A stretch of 64,000 nucleotides of DNA from Octopus sinensis (GCF_006345805.1 NC_043000.1:73656001-73720000), one strand, 5' to 3'; positions 23,700-38,477 are shown, counted from the stretch's first letter. The notes: a model not told the origin generated them from the letters alone. Numbers and translations are program-made.

Positions 23700-26330
23700 T
23701 GGTTGGTCAATAAGTATCAATAGATCCATATGATTGGCTATTTCCAGGAAAGCACATTAAGAGCTCAAAGTTTATTGCATTCACTGTTATATTTTTCGGG
23801 ACTAGAATTGCCCTTTCTCTCAACCATTTGTGATCATTATGTTGTGCATTGAGATTTGGCAAGACTTTGTTTATAAGTTCTTTCTCTGATTTCACCATTG
23901 TGCAAATAGGTGATGGATTTATTGCACCTTCATTATCTACAGGTACTCCTCCTAGAATTAATAAGTCGTGAACAAACTGCTCAGATAATCTATCACTATG
24001 GAGATATGCTCACATATTTGTTTCAAGCTACTGTACTTTTATGCAGTGCCAGAAGTGTGTTCATTTAAAACATGCACGAATTTCATAAGCTTTTGTTCCC
24101 TTTGGAATAACTGGAAGAGTGTCTTAAAATCACCAGATAGAACAACTGTTACATCTTCCATTGAAGCATCATTATTTTTAATATCTCACAATGACCTGTC
24201 AACAACTTCAACGGCTCTCTTATGTGCCATTGCCCATTCATCCCATATTATCAATTGGCATCTAAGAATTTCAGCTATTCCTGAATTCTTGCTGTTATTG
24301 CACACAGGACTTTCATTAGACCACATATCCAATGGATGTTTGAAAATCAAATGGGCTGTAGAGTCTCCAGGTAGAAGGGTTGCTGCACTACCTGATGATG
24401 CAACTGCAATGACAATTTTTCTTAGCTATCTAACATTTGCCAAAAGTAGTTTTATAATAAGTTTCTTTCCAGTTTCTCCTGGTGCATCTAGAAAGAATAT
24501 TCCACCCTTCTCATGCCTAATGTTGTCAACAACTGCTTCATATGCTTCTCTTTGTCATTTACTTTCACATAATTTGCCAAATTATCAATTTTGTGATTTG
24601 TTTCTCTGAGCATTTCCGATGTTAGTCTGTTTTCATTGCCATGAGTAACTTTAGGAAGTCCGTAATTCTGGAGCACTTCTCCAATAGCCAGGTGTATCTT
24701 CTGTGTTGATCAATGCATTATTGTACATCTCATCATTGTAACATAATAATAAACAGGAAGCGAAGACTACTTGCAATATGTGATATGGAAACCTCAGAAA
24801 GTGCTTTGTCCCATTGAGAGTCATCTTTAAATAATCCAAAATGAAGGCAAGCTTCATGATAGATTTTACAGGTAGTATTATTAACAGTTCTTACTAGAAG
24901 AATTCATGTTGATTAGAGTGTCTGTATAAACTCTTTCAAGAGCACTATCAAATCCGATATCTGATTTTCAACAGGAGCTCCCCTTTATCACCCATTGCTT
25001 ATTATCACATGTGTAGTAAGATGGTAGCTGGTAATAATACATTGTCCTTGCAAATGAAGCATCATGGCAAAGTTCAAAATAAGGTATTAGAGTAGTTTCT
25101 TTAAGAACCAATGACTGCTGAGCAGCAGTTGCAGCTGTGAAATAGACAAGTTGCCCATTTTGCAAATGAACAGCCAACTGTTGAATTGGTGGATAATTTT
25201 CATGTATTGGAAATCCAAATATTCTCCAAAATGCTTCATTGCAGCTGATGTATCTGCCTTGTTGATATATACTGACTTCATCTTACACATTTGTCTTTGT
25301 AGAACAAACATTGCAGCGTCGGATTCTTTACATAGCTGCAGACCTATTTAATGGATTCCACTGAGTTGCAAAATTCAACATTGATATGAGCATTAAATAT
25401 TTTGTGTAACATTGGGCAATATGGAATAATCCACCTATTGTCAATTTGAAATTGTCCCAACTTTTGCTTGGAAACTGCCATCTTCAGGTTTTCTTATTTT
25501 GTAGGATGGATAACCATCATCTCCAAGTTGAATATCTTCCAAAAAACGTCATGGATATTTCTTTGTGCATCTGTTGTCTTGCATACGTGGTCTTGTTAAG
25601 AGTTCCACATGAGCCACGTACCATTTGAATCTTCACTATTTCATACAATGCTCTCTGTCTTTCGATGGATCAGGCAGCTCTGCAGATATTATTTTGTCAA
25701 TTTGGTCAGGGTGAAATTTTTCATGCAACCAAATAACAATGTGTGCATGAGGTAATCCACATTTCTGCCATTCATCTGATTGGTCCAAAGATATTTTCTT
25801 TTGTGATGACATCCATCATTTTCACCACTTTCTGTTGGAAGGTCCTAGCAGTGAGGTTGTGTCTATTTACATGTGTTTGACCTGGAAGTAATTCATTTTG
25901 AATCTCTTTCCACAGGATTAAATGTGAAAATTATTAATAGGTCTGGTCTACCAAAGTTTCTAATATATGTCATGGCATCCTGTGTTCTTGCATGTATATA
26001 TCTGAGGCTACCAGTAAAGGTGGATGGAAGGATGCACAACTTCCCAATGTCTTCAGCAGCACTTTCGTTATTGATGCCATCATGTATATGAATGTAGGAC
26101 TCAGATCTTAATTCTTTCTGGTGGGATCTTATGAATGCTAATCTTTCCACCACTACTTTTGCATACATATCCACAGCAAATTGACAAAACAAATTTCGTA
26201 TTCGGTGGAGTGAATTGAAATTATCTTGATGAACCATAAAACGGTTGAAGTAAAAATCCATACATGAGACTGTGCTTTTTATGTGCCCACCGGCACAGAA
26301 GCCAGACTGCTGCTCTGGCAGTGATCCCAC
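23700..26330 (-). mobile_element. Decayed Helitron Rep/PIF1-helicase gene
   Basis: LFCQFAVDMYAKV, ILPSTFTGS, GRPDL, EWQKCGLPHAH (HUH motif), GDDGYPSY, DNRWIIPY..FNAHINVE, FLDAPGETGK, AVASSGSAATLLPG, WLRERAILVPKN. Confidence 0.92.
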
Positions 26331-28374
26331 TTGGAGGAGCTGTTAGCGCTCCACTGGCATGGGTGCCAGTTATCGAATTTGGTTCAATTTTTATTTCGAT
26401 TTCACTTGTTCCAACAGGTCTTCGCAAGCAGAGTTTAGTGTCCAATGAAGCGGGGTTGGCATGGGTGCCAAGAACTCATATCTACATGCTGGACACAAGA
26501 ATGCATGCGTGAGCAAGTGAGAAAAAGAACATGCATACAACAGATGTATATTAATTTCATATTTAAATTGTGAAGAATACTCCAAGGGCAGAGGGAGGTC
26601 CAAGGATTCCCTGCTCCCCACCACAAAGTCATTTGGGGTGTATTTAGAGATCAGATTTGTTGATAACACAAAAAGAAAACTTTGAAAAACAATTATTTCC
26701 CTACCAAACGTGAGAAAAATGTAGATTTGCAATTCTGGTCTTTCTGACCCCTTCCCCACCTCCTTTTTCTACAAAGCTAGTCATTTCCAATGGATTTGAA
26801 GGTCATATTCATCGATAACACAGGAGAAAAATTTGTAAAGAAAAATTCCAGGAGGTGGAAATGTCAGATCTCCCACTGCACCCCGTTTTCCAGGGAAAAC
26901 TCCTTTGCAACATGTTTGGGGGTCATAACTGATTGCACAAGGAACAAAAAAAAAAGTGAGGAAAAAATTTTCCCACTGAAATTGAGAGGGGCATTTTTCT
27001 ATAAATTTACTGAAAATTTCATGTAATTTAACCACATGTCAATTATAATCAAACAGTCCTATGATTAAAGATATTCCAGCTGTAACCATATTTTCTTTTT
27101 ATATATGAATGACTACATTATCTAATGCTGCTTTCCTTTTTAAAGACAGTAGTGTGTGATTTGGTGTAATTTGTTGTTATTTCTAAGAAGCTGGGCAACC
27201 ACAGTGGCTCCATCATTAGTTTGATTAAATCCTGAGAAGACTCACATTGTTAATAATATCAACAAGAATATGTCAAGAACATCTTCAACAGATCATAGAC
27301 ACCTGTATTTTGGGAGATAATATCACACGAAGAAATGTATATTTTAATGAGATGTGTCAGTGTCACATTGGCAAGCTGCCCAGACAAGTGATATTTTGTA
27401 TCATTGCACTGCTACTTAGTCTACATATCTGCAGGAAAGAGAGTTAGAAGTCAGTTTAGAATGCTTGCACAAAATGGACTCCATTAAAAAGTACCCAACG
27501 ACTTGGTGTTTGCATTAAACCAAGTGGTGTACTAGGTTTACCACTGCTACTTTCTGGAAGTGTTACCTTTGTAATCCATCCTAAACTAGGACTACTTATG
27601 CTATGGTGTTACATTTTTATGCTAAATCCAACAAGCAAACAGAGTACATAAAATTAAAAGATCCAGTAGAAACATAGAGTTAAAAAATTGAAGGAAATGG
27701 CTTTAAAGTGCACCCTAAATACTAAAAAAAAAGTGAATTACAAAGAAAATTACTATTTATCAATATTTATTATTCTTTATGTACCAATGAACTTAATCAA
27801 GTACTTATGGTTTGTGCATATATGATATATATTTAAACATATTTTCTACAAAACTTACATTCTCTCTGCTTTAACATCACCTGGTTCTTGGGAGAGTTGA
27901 ACTGAGTTCATTCTTTTGTAAGCAGTCGGATAGGATCTTTAAAACAATAGTGATGCTTTAACCATTCTATCAATTCATTTCCCATAAAATAAGAAATCTA
28001 ACTTTGGTACAAGGACAGAGTTTGGAAGACACTATACCAATTGGCTAAAATTTGAAACTAGAACGTAATGGTAACTAAAAGGTAAAAGGCATTTGTCCAT
28101 CTCCATATCACTTCACTGCATCTACACCAATCAAGTTTTCTAACACGAGGAGGTGATAATTAAATCAGCCCCCGATAGTTAACTTATGAACTCTTGTGAG
28201 ATTTAATTTCAGAAGATAGAAAGACATAACTACATACAACAATGCTTTGTAAAGAATTATGATTATTAGCACAAAGCCTGAAATTCATTAATGGGGACAG
28301 CCAATTATATTGGCTTTAGTATTTTTTTTTTTTTTTTTACTACTTGTTTTTTACTACTTGTTTTTTACTACTTG

Positions 28375-28865
28375 CGGCCATGCTGGAGCACCACCTTTAA
28401 TCGAGCAACTCGATCCCGGGACTTATTCTTTTGTAAGCCCAGTACTTATTCTATCGGTCTCTTTTGCCAAACCGCTAAGTGACGGGGACATCAGTATGTT
28501 ACTGATACTTATATGAACAGGCATGGCTGTATGGTAAGAAGTTTGCTTCCAAACCATATTGTTCCTGGTTCAGTCCCATGGCATAGCACCTTAAGCAAGT
28601 GTTTTCTACTATAGCCTCGAGCCAACCAAAGCCTTGTGAATGTATTTGGTAGATAGAAACTGAAAGTCCATCATGAGTGTGTGTGTGTGTGTCCCTTGCA
28701 CCACTTGACAATGGACATTGGTGTTTATGTCCCTGTAACTTCAGAAAAAGAGGCCTATAGATTAAGTCACAGGCTTTTTTAAAAAAGTAAGTACTGGGGT
28801 CAATTCGATTGACTAAAATAATTAAAGGTAGTGCCCCTACATGGCCGCAGTTTAATGACTGAAAT
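28375..28865. mobile_element. Two SINE family A pieces: 3' part on minus (28375-28490) and a copy on plus (28520-28865)
   Basis: Sequence identity to 7484-7880. Confidence 0.75.
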
Positions 28866-29184
28866 ATTAAGTTGAACACAACAGCATTTGAACACAGAAC
28901 ACGAAGGGAAGTTACTAACTTTTGCAGAGAAATTTGTCAAAATGACTAACGATCATGTCTGCCATCAACCTCTGTTACTTTCTCCAAGTTTATGAAAGTA
29001 TAATTTTTGTTGATATTTATATTCATGAGTTACAACATATGTAGAGATTGTGCTTGACAGTGCGAGATGAATAAAAAGGAAAATTGAATATGTCAATATC
29101 AACCTATCTGTTCATGGATACAAACATTAAAAATGTGCCAGATGGAGATGTGCATACACACACACACACAAGTATATATATATA

Positions 29185-29247
<63 letters not shown>

Positions 29248-29329
29248 TGTACACATACAATACCATAAAGTCCATCAATATTTATTCATGTGAGTCTTGA
29301 ATATATATGTCATAGCAAACATTTTTATA

Positions 29330-31260
29330 TAAAAACAATATTAGTTGGTGTACCACTTTTCTTAACATCAAATTTCAAAAGTAAAAGGAGTACAATGTGA
29401 GGAAGAGTATAAAGAATTAAGGTTTTAAGTAAACCTTCATCTGATTGATAGGATAACATATCTCCAGTAAATAATTTATGTGGAAGAAGTATTTTGAAAG
29501 TTTTTGCTTTGCCGTTAAACCAGGTCAAATTAAAAATATGACCAGATGTCTGAAATCTGATTCCGATTCCCCTGTTGTAATTCTTGCATTCCAAAGTAAT
29601 GCAGCAAAATAAATAGAATAAAGTGTAGGGGCAGGAATACTCGTATAAGTATTCCCTGTTTGACACTGTTGTCCACTGAAAATTTATGAGATAGCTCAGC
29701 ATTAAAGACTACCTGAGCTTTCATGTTTCTGTGTCGTTCCTTAAAAATGCTCACAAAATGTGTTGGACAACCAAGTTTAACATGGTAAACAGGGAGGCAC
29801 TGTGAATTGTTTTGTGTAAATGCCTTAGCTAAGTCTATGAAGACCTGGTATAGTGGCATTTGTTCCTCTAAGGATTTCTCTTGAACCTGTTTCACAGAAA
29901 ATACATCCATTTTTCCTCACTCAGGTCTAAAACCACACTGTTCATCAGGAATCACATGTGGACACACATTCTTAACAAGATGATCTAACATGATCCTTGA
30001 AATACAATTCTATATTTAAGAGATGAGGAATTATGCACATTATTTACATTTGATGGATATTTGTCCTCATCTTGTTTGTTGTTAACACGTTTTGGCTGAT
30101 ATATCCTCCATCCTTCTTCAGGTGTCTTGGGGAAACTTCAAACCTGGGTTCTCATTCCTGAGGTACCTTAGGAATGAGAACCCAGGTTCGAAATTTCCCT
30201 GTAAAAGGCTGGAGGGTATATCACTGAAACATTGTGCTAACAACAAACAAGATGAGGACAAACATCTGTCAAATGTAAATAACGTAAATAATGATCCTTG
30301 AAAGTATCTTCCGGTATGTGCCAGTTATCCCTCTAGAATTACCACACACTGCTTTCGGGCCCTTACCCTTGTATACAAAGATTAGAATGCCATTTACCCA
30401 TTCTTGTGGCACAGAAGATTCATTCCAAATTCGAGTTACCAGGTTATGAATTTCAGATGAAATATAATCCCAACCTGCTTTCAGAATTTGAACAAGAGTA
30501 CCATCCAATCCAGGAGATTTACCTGATCTCAGTTTACATAATGCCAGATTTACTTCTTCAATGGAAGGTGTATTATCCATGTGTTGCACTATCTCTGTGG
30601 AGTGTAGTTTATGATATCTATGTTCAGTACAGACAGATTGTGGAAAAGATCTGCAAAGTGTTCTCTCCATCTATTCATTAATCCAAGAGAATCTTTAATA
30701 ATCTCATTTCCATCTTTTGAATTCAAGGCAAAATATGATGATAAAGATTGTGGTTCAAAAGCTTGCCGCAATAAACTATAGAAACTTTTAATGTCTTTCC
30801 TGTCATAGGCTGCCTGTACTTCTTCAGACAAAGTGTCTTTAAGCTTCCTGAGTTCTTTTTGCAAGTCTGCTTTCTGAGACTTGTACAACTTTTCTAGTTG
30901 CACTTTGTTCTTAATGTTTGGGTCAAGAAGCTTTTCATAAGTGAACCTCTTTGTTGCTAAAAGCTCATTTATCACTGTATCATTGGAATCAAACCAGTCT
31001 CGGTGTTGTCTCCTCTTAAAACCTAGCACCTCTGATGCCATTTTATATATTCCATTGCAGAAAGATTGCCCATAAACCTTGAAAATGAATATTTATGCAT
31101 CTCTTCTGAAACAACTACAAAACTTGTGGTTGTTTTAGCTGCTCTACATCAAATTTCTTTGGTACTCATACACCTGCACTATGAAGAATCTTCTTATGGA
31201 CCCTAAACTTGAACCTAACCAATTTTGTGATCAATATCACAGTCAGCACCTTGCAATAAT
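29330..31260 (-). mobile_element. Decayed RTE-clade LINE
   Basis: RRQHRDWFDSND; PSIEEV..ALCKLRSGKSPGLDG; GNSRGIT; QVQEKSLEEQMPLYQVFIDLAKAF. Confidence 0.88.
30003..30290. mobile_element. Palindromic insertion (inverted Penelope-type pLTR pair) with 13-bp target-site duplication
   Basis: ATGATCCTTGAAA at 29990-30002 and 30291-30303; removal restores KILSRIMLDHLVKN..PDEQCGFR; centre CTCATTCCTGAGGTACCTTAGGAATGAG; arm fragment recurs at ~31285-31360. Confidence 0.85.
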
Positions 31261-31408
31261 CTGAAACTGCACAAATCTTACAGTTCTATATTCAAGACGA
31301 GGAATTATGTACATTATTTACGTTTGATGGGTATTTGTCCTCATCTTGTTTGTTATTAACACATATATACATGTACATATATATATATACATATATATAT
31401 ATACGTAC

Positions 31409-31439
<31 letters not shown>

Positions 31440-31549
31440 CATACACACACATATATATATATACATATACATATTTATACATATATACACACATATATAT
31501 ATATATACATATAATATATATACATACATATATATACATATATATTATA

Positions 31550-31587
<38 letters not shown>

Positions 31588-31627
31588 CATATATATTATA
31601 TATATATATATACATACATATATATAT

Positions 31628-31670
<43 letters not shown>

Positions 31671-32086
31671 TATATACAAACATATATACATACACATATA
31701 TATATATACATATATATATGCATATGTACATATATATATACATATACACATATAGGTATATACCTATATATATATACATACATATATACATATGTACATA
31801 TATATACATGCATATATATATACATATGTATACATATATGCATACATATTTATAAATTATATGTATATACATGTATATATATATCAATATATATATATAT
31901 ATACACATTTACAGATATATATATATATACATTATATATATATATATACTATATACATATGTCCATTATATATATATATACATATATATATCTACATAAA
32001 CATACACACACACATATATATATATACATTATATATATATGCATATATATCTACATACACATACATACATATATAGATTATATACT

Positions 32087-32963
32087 TATTACAAATTTTG
32101 GATATTTACCAATTGATATGCAACTCCTATTTCAGGATAACCTCATGCAGAGAAAATTATGTCAAATAAAATAATTAAAATAACATAAAATATAATTAGT
32201 TAAATAAATATATCTTACCTGTTATTAATCTATAGGGAAGGAAGGTAGTATAAGTAACATATTTCTGCACTAGTGGGGTGTGTATTAAGGCTATACTTAA
32301 TTCATAAATCCACCACTGCATCCTTAGACTATGTGTATTATTATTATTATGTACGGGTAAAAGTTAAAAATCATAATAAAAATAAAAATTACATATATAT
32401 TTAAAAGAATATTAAATACCTAATGCACAATTTACATATATATTGAAAATGCTCAAATTATTAACGATTAAATTAGAAACATCTAAATTATTATAATATA
32501 TCTAAATAAATATTATAGAAATTAGTAAAAATTAATTATAAGATTTGAGATGTTTCTAACTTAATCATTAATAATTTCTTTAGGTAGAGCAATTTCAAAA
32601 TATATCTTAATTGAACTTTAAGTATTTAATATTTTAAAATATATATTTGTAATCTTTATTTTTAATATAATTTTTAATTTTGCCCATACATAATAACTAT
32701 ATACATAGCCTGAGGACACGCTGGTGGATTTATGTATTAAGTATAGCCTTAATACACATGCCACCTGCACAGAAACATGCGATTACTTGTACTACCTTCT
32801 TTCCCCACAGATTAATAACAGGTAAGATATATTTATTTAACTAATTTTATTGTATGTTGTATTATTTTATTTGATGTAATTTTCTCTGCATATACCATTC
32901 CATGAGGTTATCCAGAAATAGGAGTTCCTTACCTATTGGTAAGTATCCCAAATTTGTAGTAAT
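32087..32963. repeat. ~880-bp imperfect palindrome
   Basis: Left TATTACAAATTTTGGATA..GGATAACCTCATG..CTTACCTGTTATTAATCT pairs with right AGATTAATAACAGGTAAG..CATGAGGTTATCC..TATCCCAAATTTGTAGTAATA. Confidence 0.85.
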
Positions 32964-33189
32964 AATAATATAATAAAATATACTTTTAACATTTTGTTAG
33001 AAAAGTGTAAAATAGTAATTTCCTGATAGCCTGGAATACTTATCATTCCCTAATATATTAAAAATATTTATATATATATATATATATATTATATATTATA
33101 TATATATATATATATATATTACATTATATATACATACATAATATATATATATATATATACGCACACATTATATATGGATACATATATAT

Positions 33190-33240
<51 letters not shown>

Positions 33241-33843
33241 TATACATACATATATATACATATACATATATATATATACATATACACATATACATATCTG
33301 TACACACACACACCCACAATATATATATATATATAGATATTTACATATATATACATATTTACAGATATATATATACATTTATATATAGATATATACATAT
33401 ATATACATATATACCTACATATATATACATATATACATACATATATACATATATGCATATACATATATATATACATATATACATACATATATACACATCC
33501 ATATATATATAAATACATATATATAAATATATATATATATATATACATATCTATATACATATATACATACATATCTATATACATATATACATACATATAT
33601 GCACACACACATATATATACATACATATACATACATGTATGTGTATATATGTATGTATATATGCATGTATATATGTATATAGATATGTATATATATATAT
33701 ATATATGTATGTATATATGTATATAGATATGTATATATATATATGTGTGTGTGTGTGTATATGTATGTATATATATATGGATGCGTATATGTATGTATAT
33801 ATATATATATGTATGTATATATATATACATATCTATATACATA

Positions 33844-33874
<31 letters not shown>

Positions 33875-33894
33875 TATATATATTTATATATATA

Positions 33895-33975
<81 letters not shown>

Positions 33976-33978
33976 TAT

Positions 33979-34230
33979 AAAAATATTATTCGAGACAAAA
34001 CCACTATTTTGCAAAACAAACAAGGAAAGACTTAATTAATACATAAAATTTTAATAAATAGTCAAAAAAAACCGCCACTACAATCGTTTCTTGTCTTGAT
34101 CGACAATCTTCAGGTGGACTTCCAATAATTCAGTGGCGGTTTTTTTTGACTATTTATTAAAATTTTATGTATTAATTAAGTCTTCCTTGTTTGTTTTGCA
34201 AAATAGTGGTTTTGTCTCGAATAATATTTT
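33979..34230. mobile_element. Inverted pLTR palindrome with central hammerhead
   Basis: ~100-bp near-perfect arms (33979-34078 vs 34131-34230) around a ~50-bp spacer. Confidence 0.85.
34075..34117 (-). ncRNA. Minimal type-I hammerhead ribozyme, canonical core
   Basis: Minus strand CCAC-CTGAAGA-TTGTC(gatcaa)GACAA-GAA-AC(gatt)GT-A-GTGG. Confidence 0.8.
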
Positions 34231-34308
34231 ATAATATTTTACTATAAAATCGATTTAATCCTAAATCTGATTTTTTCCCTGTAAATTTGGATTTATTCCT
34301 AATATTTA

Positions 34309-34394
<86 letters not shown>

Positions 34395-34574
34395 TAATAT
34401 ATATATATGTATATATATATATGTATATAGATATGTATATATATATATACATACATATATATATATATACATATATACATACATATATACGCATCCATAT
34501 ATATATACATACATACACACATATATGTATATATATGTATATATATATATATATATATATACATATATACATAC

Positions 34575-34605
<31 letters not shown>

Positions 34606-35094
34606 CATTTATATATATACATATATGCATACATATATATACATAAATCTTCAGTTAAATATATTCAATGAGTAAATTTTAATTTTTAATTTATATTTCA
34701 AACAATTACCATTTTATAGTATTACTTCAAATTTTAAAAAAAACTACCATTCAATATGTTATACTAAATTCAAATTTTATATCTCTGAAGCGCAGAAGAG
34801 TTATCTGTCTATAAATGCTTATCAATATAGAATTTCATTATAGAGACAGCACTTCTGTGAAACAATCATAAGATGCTTTAAATACTTAATTCAAAACTTT
34901 TAAACTGTCATATACATTATATATTTATACTTATACATATTTTTATATATATTTCTATACATATTTATATTTTTAATACAACAATTATTTTACACACGTA
35001 TACATCTTTCTGAAGAATTTTCTGATATTGATTTCCTGATATTAATAATAATATATTATGGTAAAAAAAAAAAATCTATATGTATATACATACT

Positions 35095-35144
<50 letters not shown>

Positions 35145-35173
35145 ATATATACATACATATATACATATATATA

Positions 35174-35482
35174 TCACGTGATCACGTGACCGACCAGGCC
35201 ATCAGATGTTGTTACACATCGCTGGTCACAATGCGTTCGTATTGTTTTAGCTATCGAATGACGCCACCCCGCTGGCTAAACGAGCAGGCCAACAGAAGAA
35301 AGAGTGGGAGAAAGAGTGGTGAAAGAGTACAGCAGGGATCACACACCCTCCCCTGCCGGAGCGTCATGAAGCTTTTATGTGTTTTCGCTCAATAAACACT
35401 CACAACACTCGGTCTGGGAATCAAAACCGCGATCCTCTGATCGCGAGTCCGTTGCCCTAACTGCTGGGCCATTGCGCCTCCA
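35174..35482 (-). mobile_element. tRNA-derived SINE (family C)
   Basis: Minus strand starts GGAGGCGCAATGGCCCAGCAGTTAGGGCAACGGACTCGCG..GGTTTTGATTCCC (A/B boxes); second copy 40634-40875. Confidence 0.8.
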
Positions 35483-36393
35483 TATATATATATATATATA
35501 TATATGACTTTCTATATCTGCATTTAAGTATCAATATGTGTATGTTTTTCTACATTGTAATTATCACAACATTAAGTTGAAAAACTGTAACATTGAATGT
35601 GGAGCATATGTATGTTTATTAATTTATATTATTTATATCATTATGTATATGTATATTTATATGTATAGGAGTATGAGTATATGCACTCATATGTATATGT
35701 ATATGTTTTATTATGGGTATGTACCCACACCTATATAAGTATGTATGTAATCTAATTTGTAATCTCCGAAGAGGCCTTAGGATGTTTTTGGTAAATGTCT
35801 CATTTATAACTGCATATTGACCTACCATAAATGGCTAATATAAGTTAAATGAGACATGCTTATCTACATGGCCAAAACAGCTGTAAGATATAGTCTATAT
35901 TCATATTTATGTGTACTTATATTTATTTTCTATTATACGTATTCTACTTATTGTATAACATTACTATTTTATGTACACTCCTTCATGTACACTGTTTTAC
36001 CCTACATTATTATGTTTAACCTTATAGTTTCTTATGTGGTGGTTTAATAAAGTATGTGATTGAGTATTATCTGGTAATTGATATTTGATTTCGATGTATT
36101 TCTCCATTTTCTTATTTTGTATTAGGAATTTGTGGTAAAACATTTTACCTTTGCCCATATAATACAATAAATGAATTAATTGTATCGCAATTCTTAACAT
36201 TTATGTATTAACTTTGTTGGGTACTTCACTAGCAGTATATTGGATATATGTTATCCCATGGAGGGTTGCATTTACAACCCCTATCTCAATTAGTATATAT
36301 ATATAATATATATATATATTATATATATATATATATACGTATATACATACTTATATACATACATATATATATATACATACATATATACATACA

Positions 36394-36469
<76 letters not shown>

Positions 36470-36741
36470 AGGTTTGGAGATGATGTACAGGTATTTTATA
36501 TTAGAAGAAATGAGGTACTCAGAAAATCGGATGGTTTATATTTACAGATATTTATTTGTATATTACATTTTTTTATGTCATATAACTTAGATCATGTATT
36601 AGCGCTTTCTCCCATTCTAGTGGGGTTTTCAAATCAAACTAATTTCCTGTGTGAGGAGTTTTGACCATTTTATAGTGGTATTGAGTTTGTAGTGGTGGGG
36701 AGGAATATAAGACAGTACAAGAGGGTGATGGATGATCCATA

Positions 36742-36770
<29 letters not shown>

Positions 36771-36772
<2 letters not shown>

Positions 36773-37279
36773 TACATGGAAAAATGCAAGGATGAAAAGT
36801 CATATTCTTAAGATTATAAACCTGGAAAAGTACATGTCAAGTTATTACACCTGTAAAAGTATAAGACAAGCTATTACTTCTAGTAAAGTAAAAAATAAAC
36901 TTGTCACTTTAAATATTGCAGCAAAGAATGCCAGTTCTTCTAATTTATCACTCTTTACAGTTCTCATCTTTTAAATTTATTGTACAAAACTTCAGCTAAT
37001 TTGTAAGTTTGTCTAATTAGTCACTTTTTTCTGAATTTAAGGTAGTAAATTAGCCAAATTCTACTTGAATAAGTTTAGTTTTATTTGTAAACTATAATAA
37101 AATAATTTTTAATATTCAAATTTTAATTTTAGCTGCAAAATTGTAAGTAAAAAGGTTCTTATTCTTTACTTTAATGGAAGTAATTAATAGCTTGTCCTAT
37201 ACTATTACAGATGTAATAATTTGTCCAGGTTTATAATCTTAAGAATATGACTTTTCATGCTCGCATTTTTCCATGTAAT
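36771..37279. repeat. ~510-bp foldback element
   Basis: ATTACATGGAAAAATGC..TCATATTCTTAAGATTATAAACCTGGA pairs with TCCAGGTTTATAATCTTAAGAATATGA..GCATTTTTCCATGTAAT. Confidence 0.85.
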
Positions 37280-38477
37280 GCATGGTTTTTCCAGGCATTG
37301 CTGTTATAAGATAATAATGCGTCAATTAATAATTTAAGATTTTACCTCATAAAACACTGGAAAATATTTCAATTTTTCCATGTAAGTGAGAATAATATTT
37401 CAATTTTTTTCGTGTTTAATTTAAATATATATTGTGATTGAATTATTTGAATTATTACATATATGTGTAAAAAAATCCACACCAAATTAATGGCAGGGAT
37501 TTTTCCATGTTGTTGGTTGTACCATGGCTCACCAAAAGTTACAAACAACAAGACCCCCAAACCATCAGTTGCAATATTAGGAGGTCACAGGAATCTATTC
37601 AATGAAAAAATTTCCAATGATTCCGGAATTGGGAGGGAAGCCCCACCTCTTTTTTGTTTTTCAAACAAAAATAAGGGATTTACAGCATATTAGGAGGTTA
37701 GGGTACTTGATTCCACGCAAAAAATCAAATATTTTTTCTTAGTGAAAATCGTGCGGGTTGACCATAATGTTGCTGTTATTTAGCCTCAAATAAACACTGA
37801 TACAGCAAACGTATCATCAAAGACATTACAGCCTTCAGCAAACTGTCTTTTTAGGGATAATCTAGGACATTACATACAATGAGCATGTGATTTAAGTAGG
37901 GGGATACTTTGACTGCTATTTTTAGCGTGTCGAGTGACCAGGTAGAGGCTCTTTCGTTGGTTCGATTGCATGATAATATTTTTTTACACATATATGTAAT
38001 ATGTATATATATCATCGGCAGAAGTTAGAGAGTAAATCAAAAGCTGAGAGTTTCGTGTATTGGCACATATCAAACACAAATTTGTCCATTGTCACTCTTG
38101 TAACTTCTGACGAAATAACTTCTAAAAAAGAAAATTTTATCAAAAACGTTAAAAGTAAATCCTGTTCAGTGACAGATTCTACCAGTATCAGAAGTTTGAA
38201 AGTGTTTAGTTTAAAAAATTAATTAAATAATCTGTACGTCAAAGTTGACTTCAGCGAAATTTAAACTCAAAAACGTATAGACAGACGAAATACCTTTAAC
38301 CAGTTCACCTGGCGTGTTAAAGTTTCTGCCAGCTCCCCACCTTAGAAAGTGAACATTGATTTTAGAAATATATTCTTTATTCTTATGGCTGAAGCGTTAC
38401 TGTCTGCATATTTTGTTTTCTTTTTTTTTTTGTTTCACCTGTCTTGATGTTTTACGTTCTTGTCCCATTTTTGTATG

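Larger units (their letters stand above)
31360..34645. repeat. Large (TA)n/(TACA)n microsatellite blocks (31360-32080, 33060-33980, 34310-34645)
   Basis: Directly visible; source of the YI/YM/CV ORFs in the ORF track. Confidence 0.97.

Noticed and set aside
32705-32735. CTGAGGA-CAC/GTG as a hammerhead
   Set aside because: Followed by GATTT rather than GAAA in both palindrome arms
31318-34675. Long ORFs of YI/YM/CV repeats (also ~11070-11420, 40020-40370, 52560-53050)
   Set aside because: Translations of (TA)n/(TACA)n microsatellites, which lack stops in several frames
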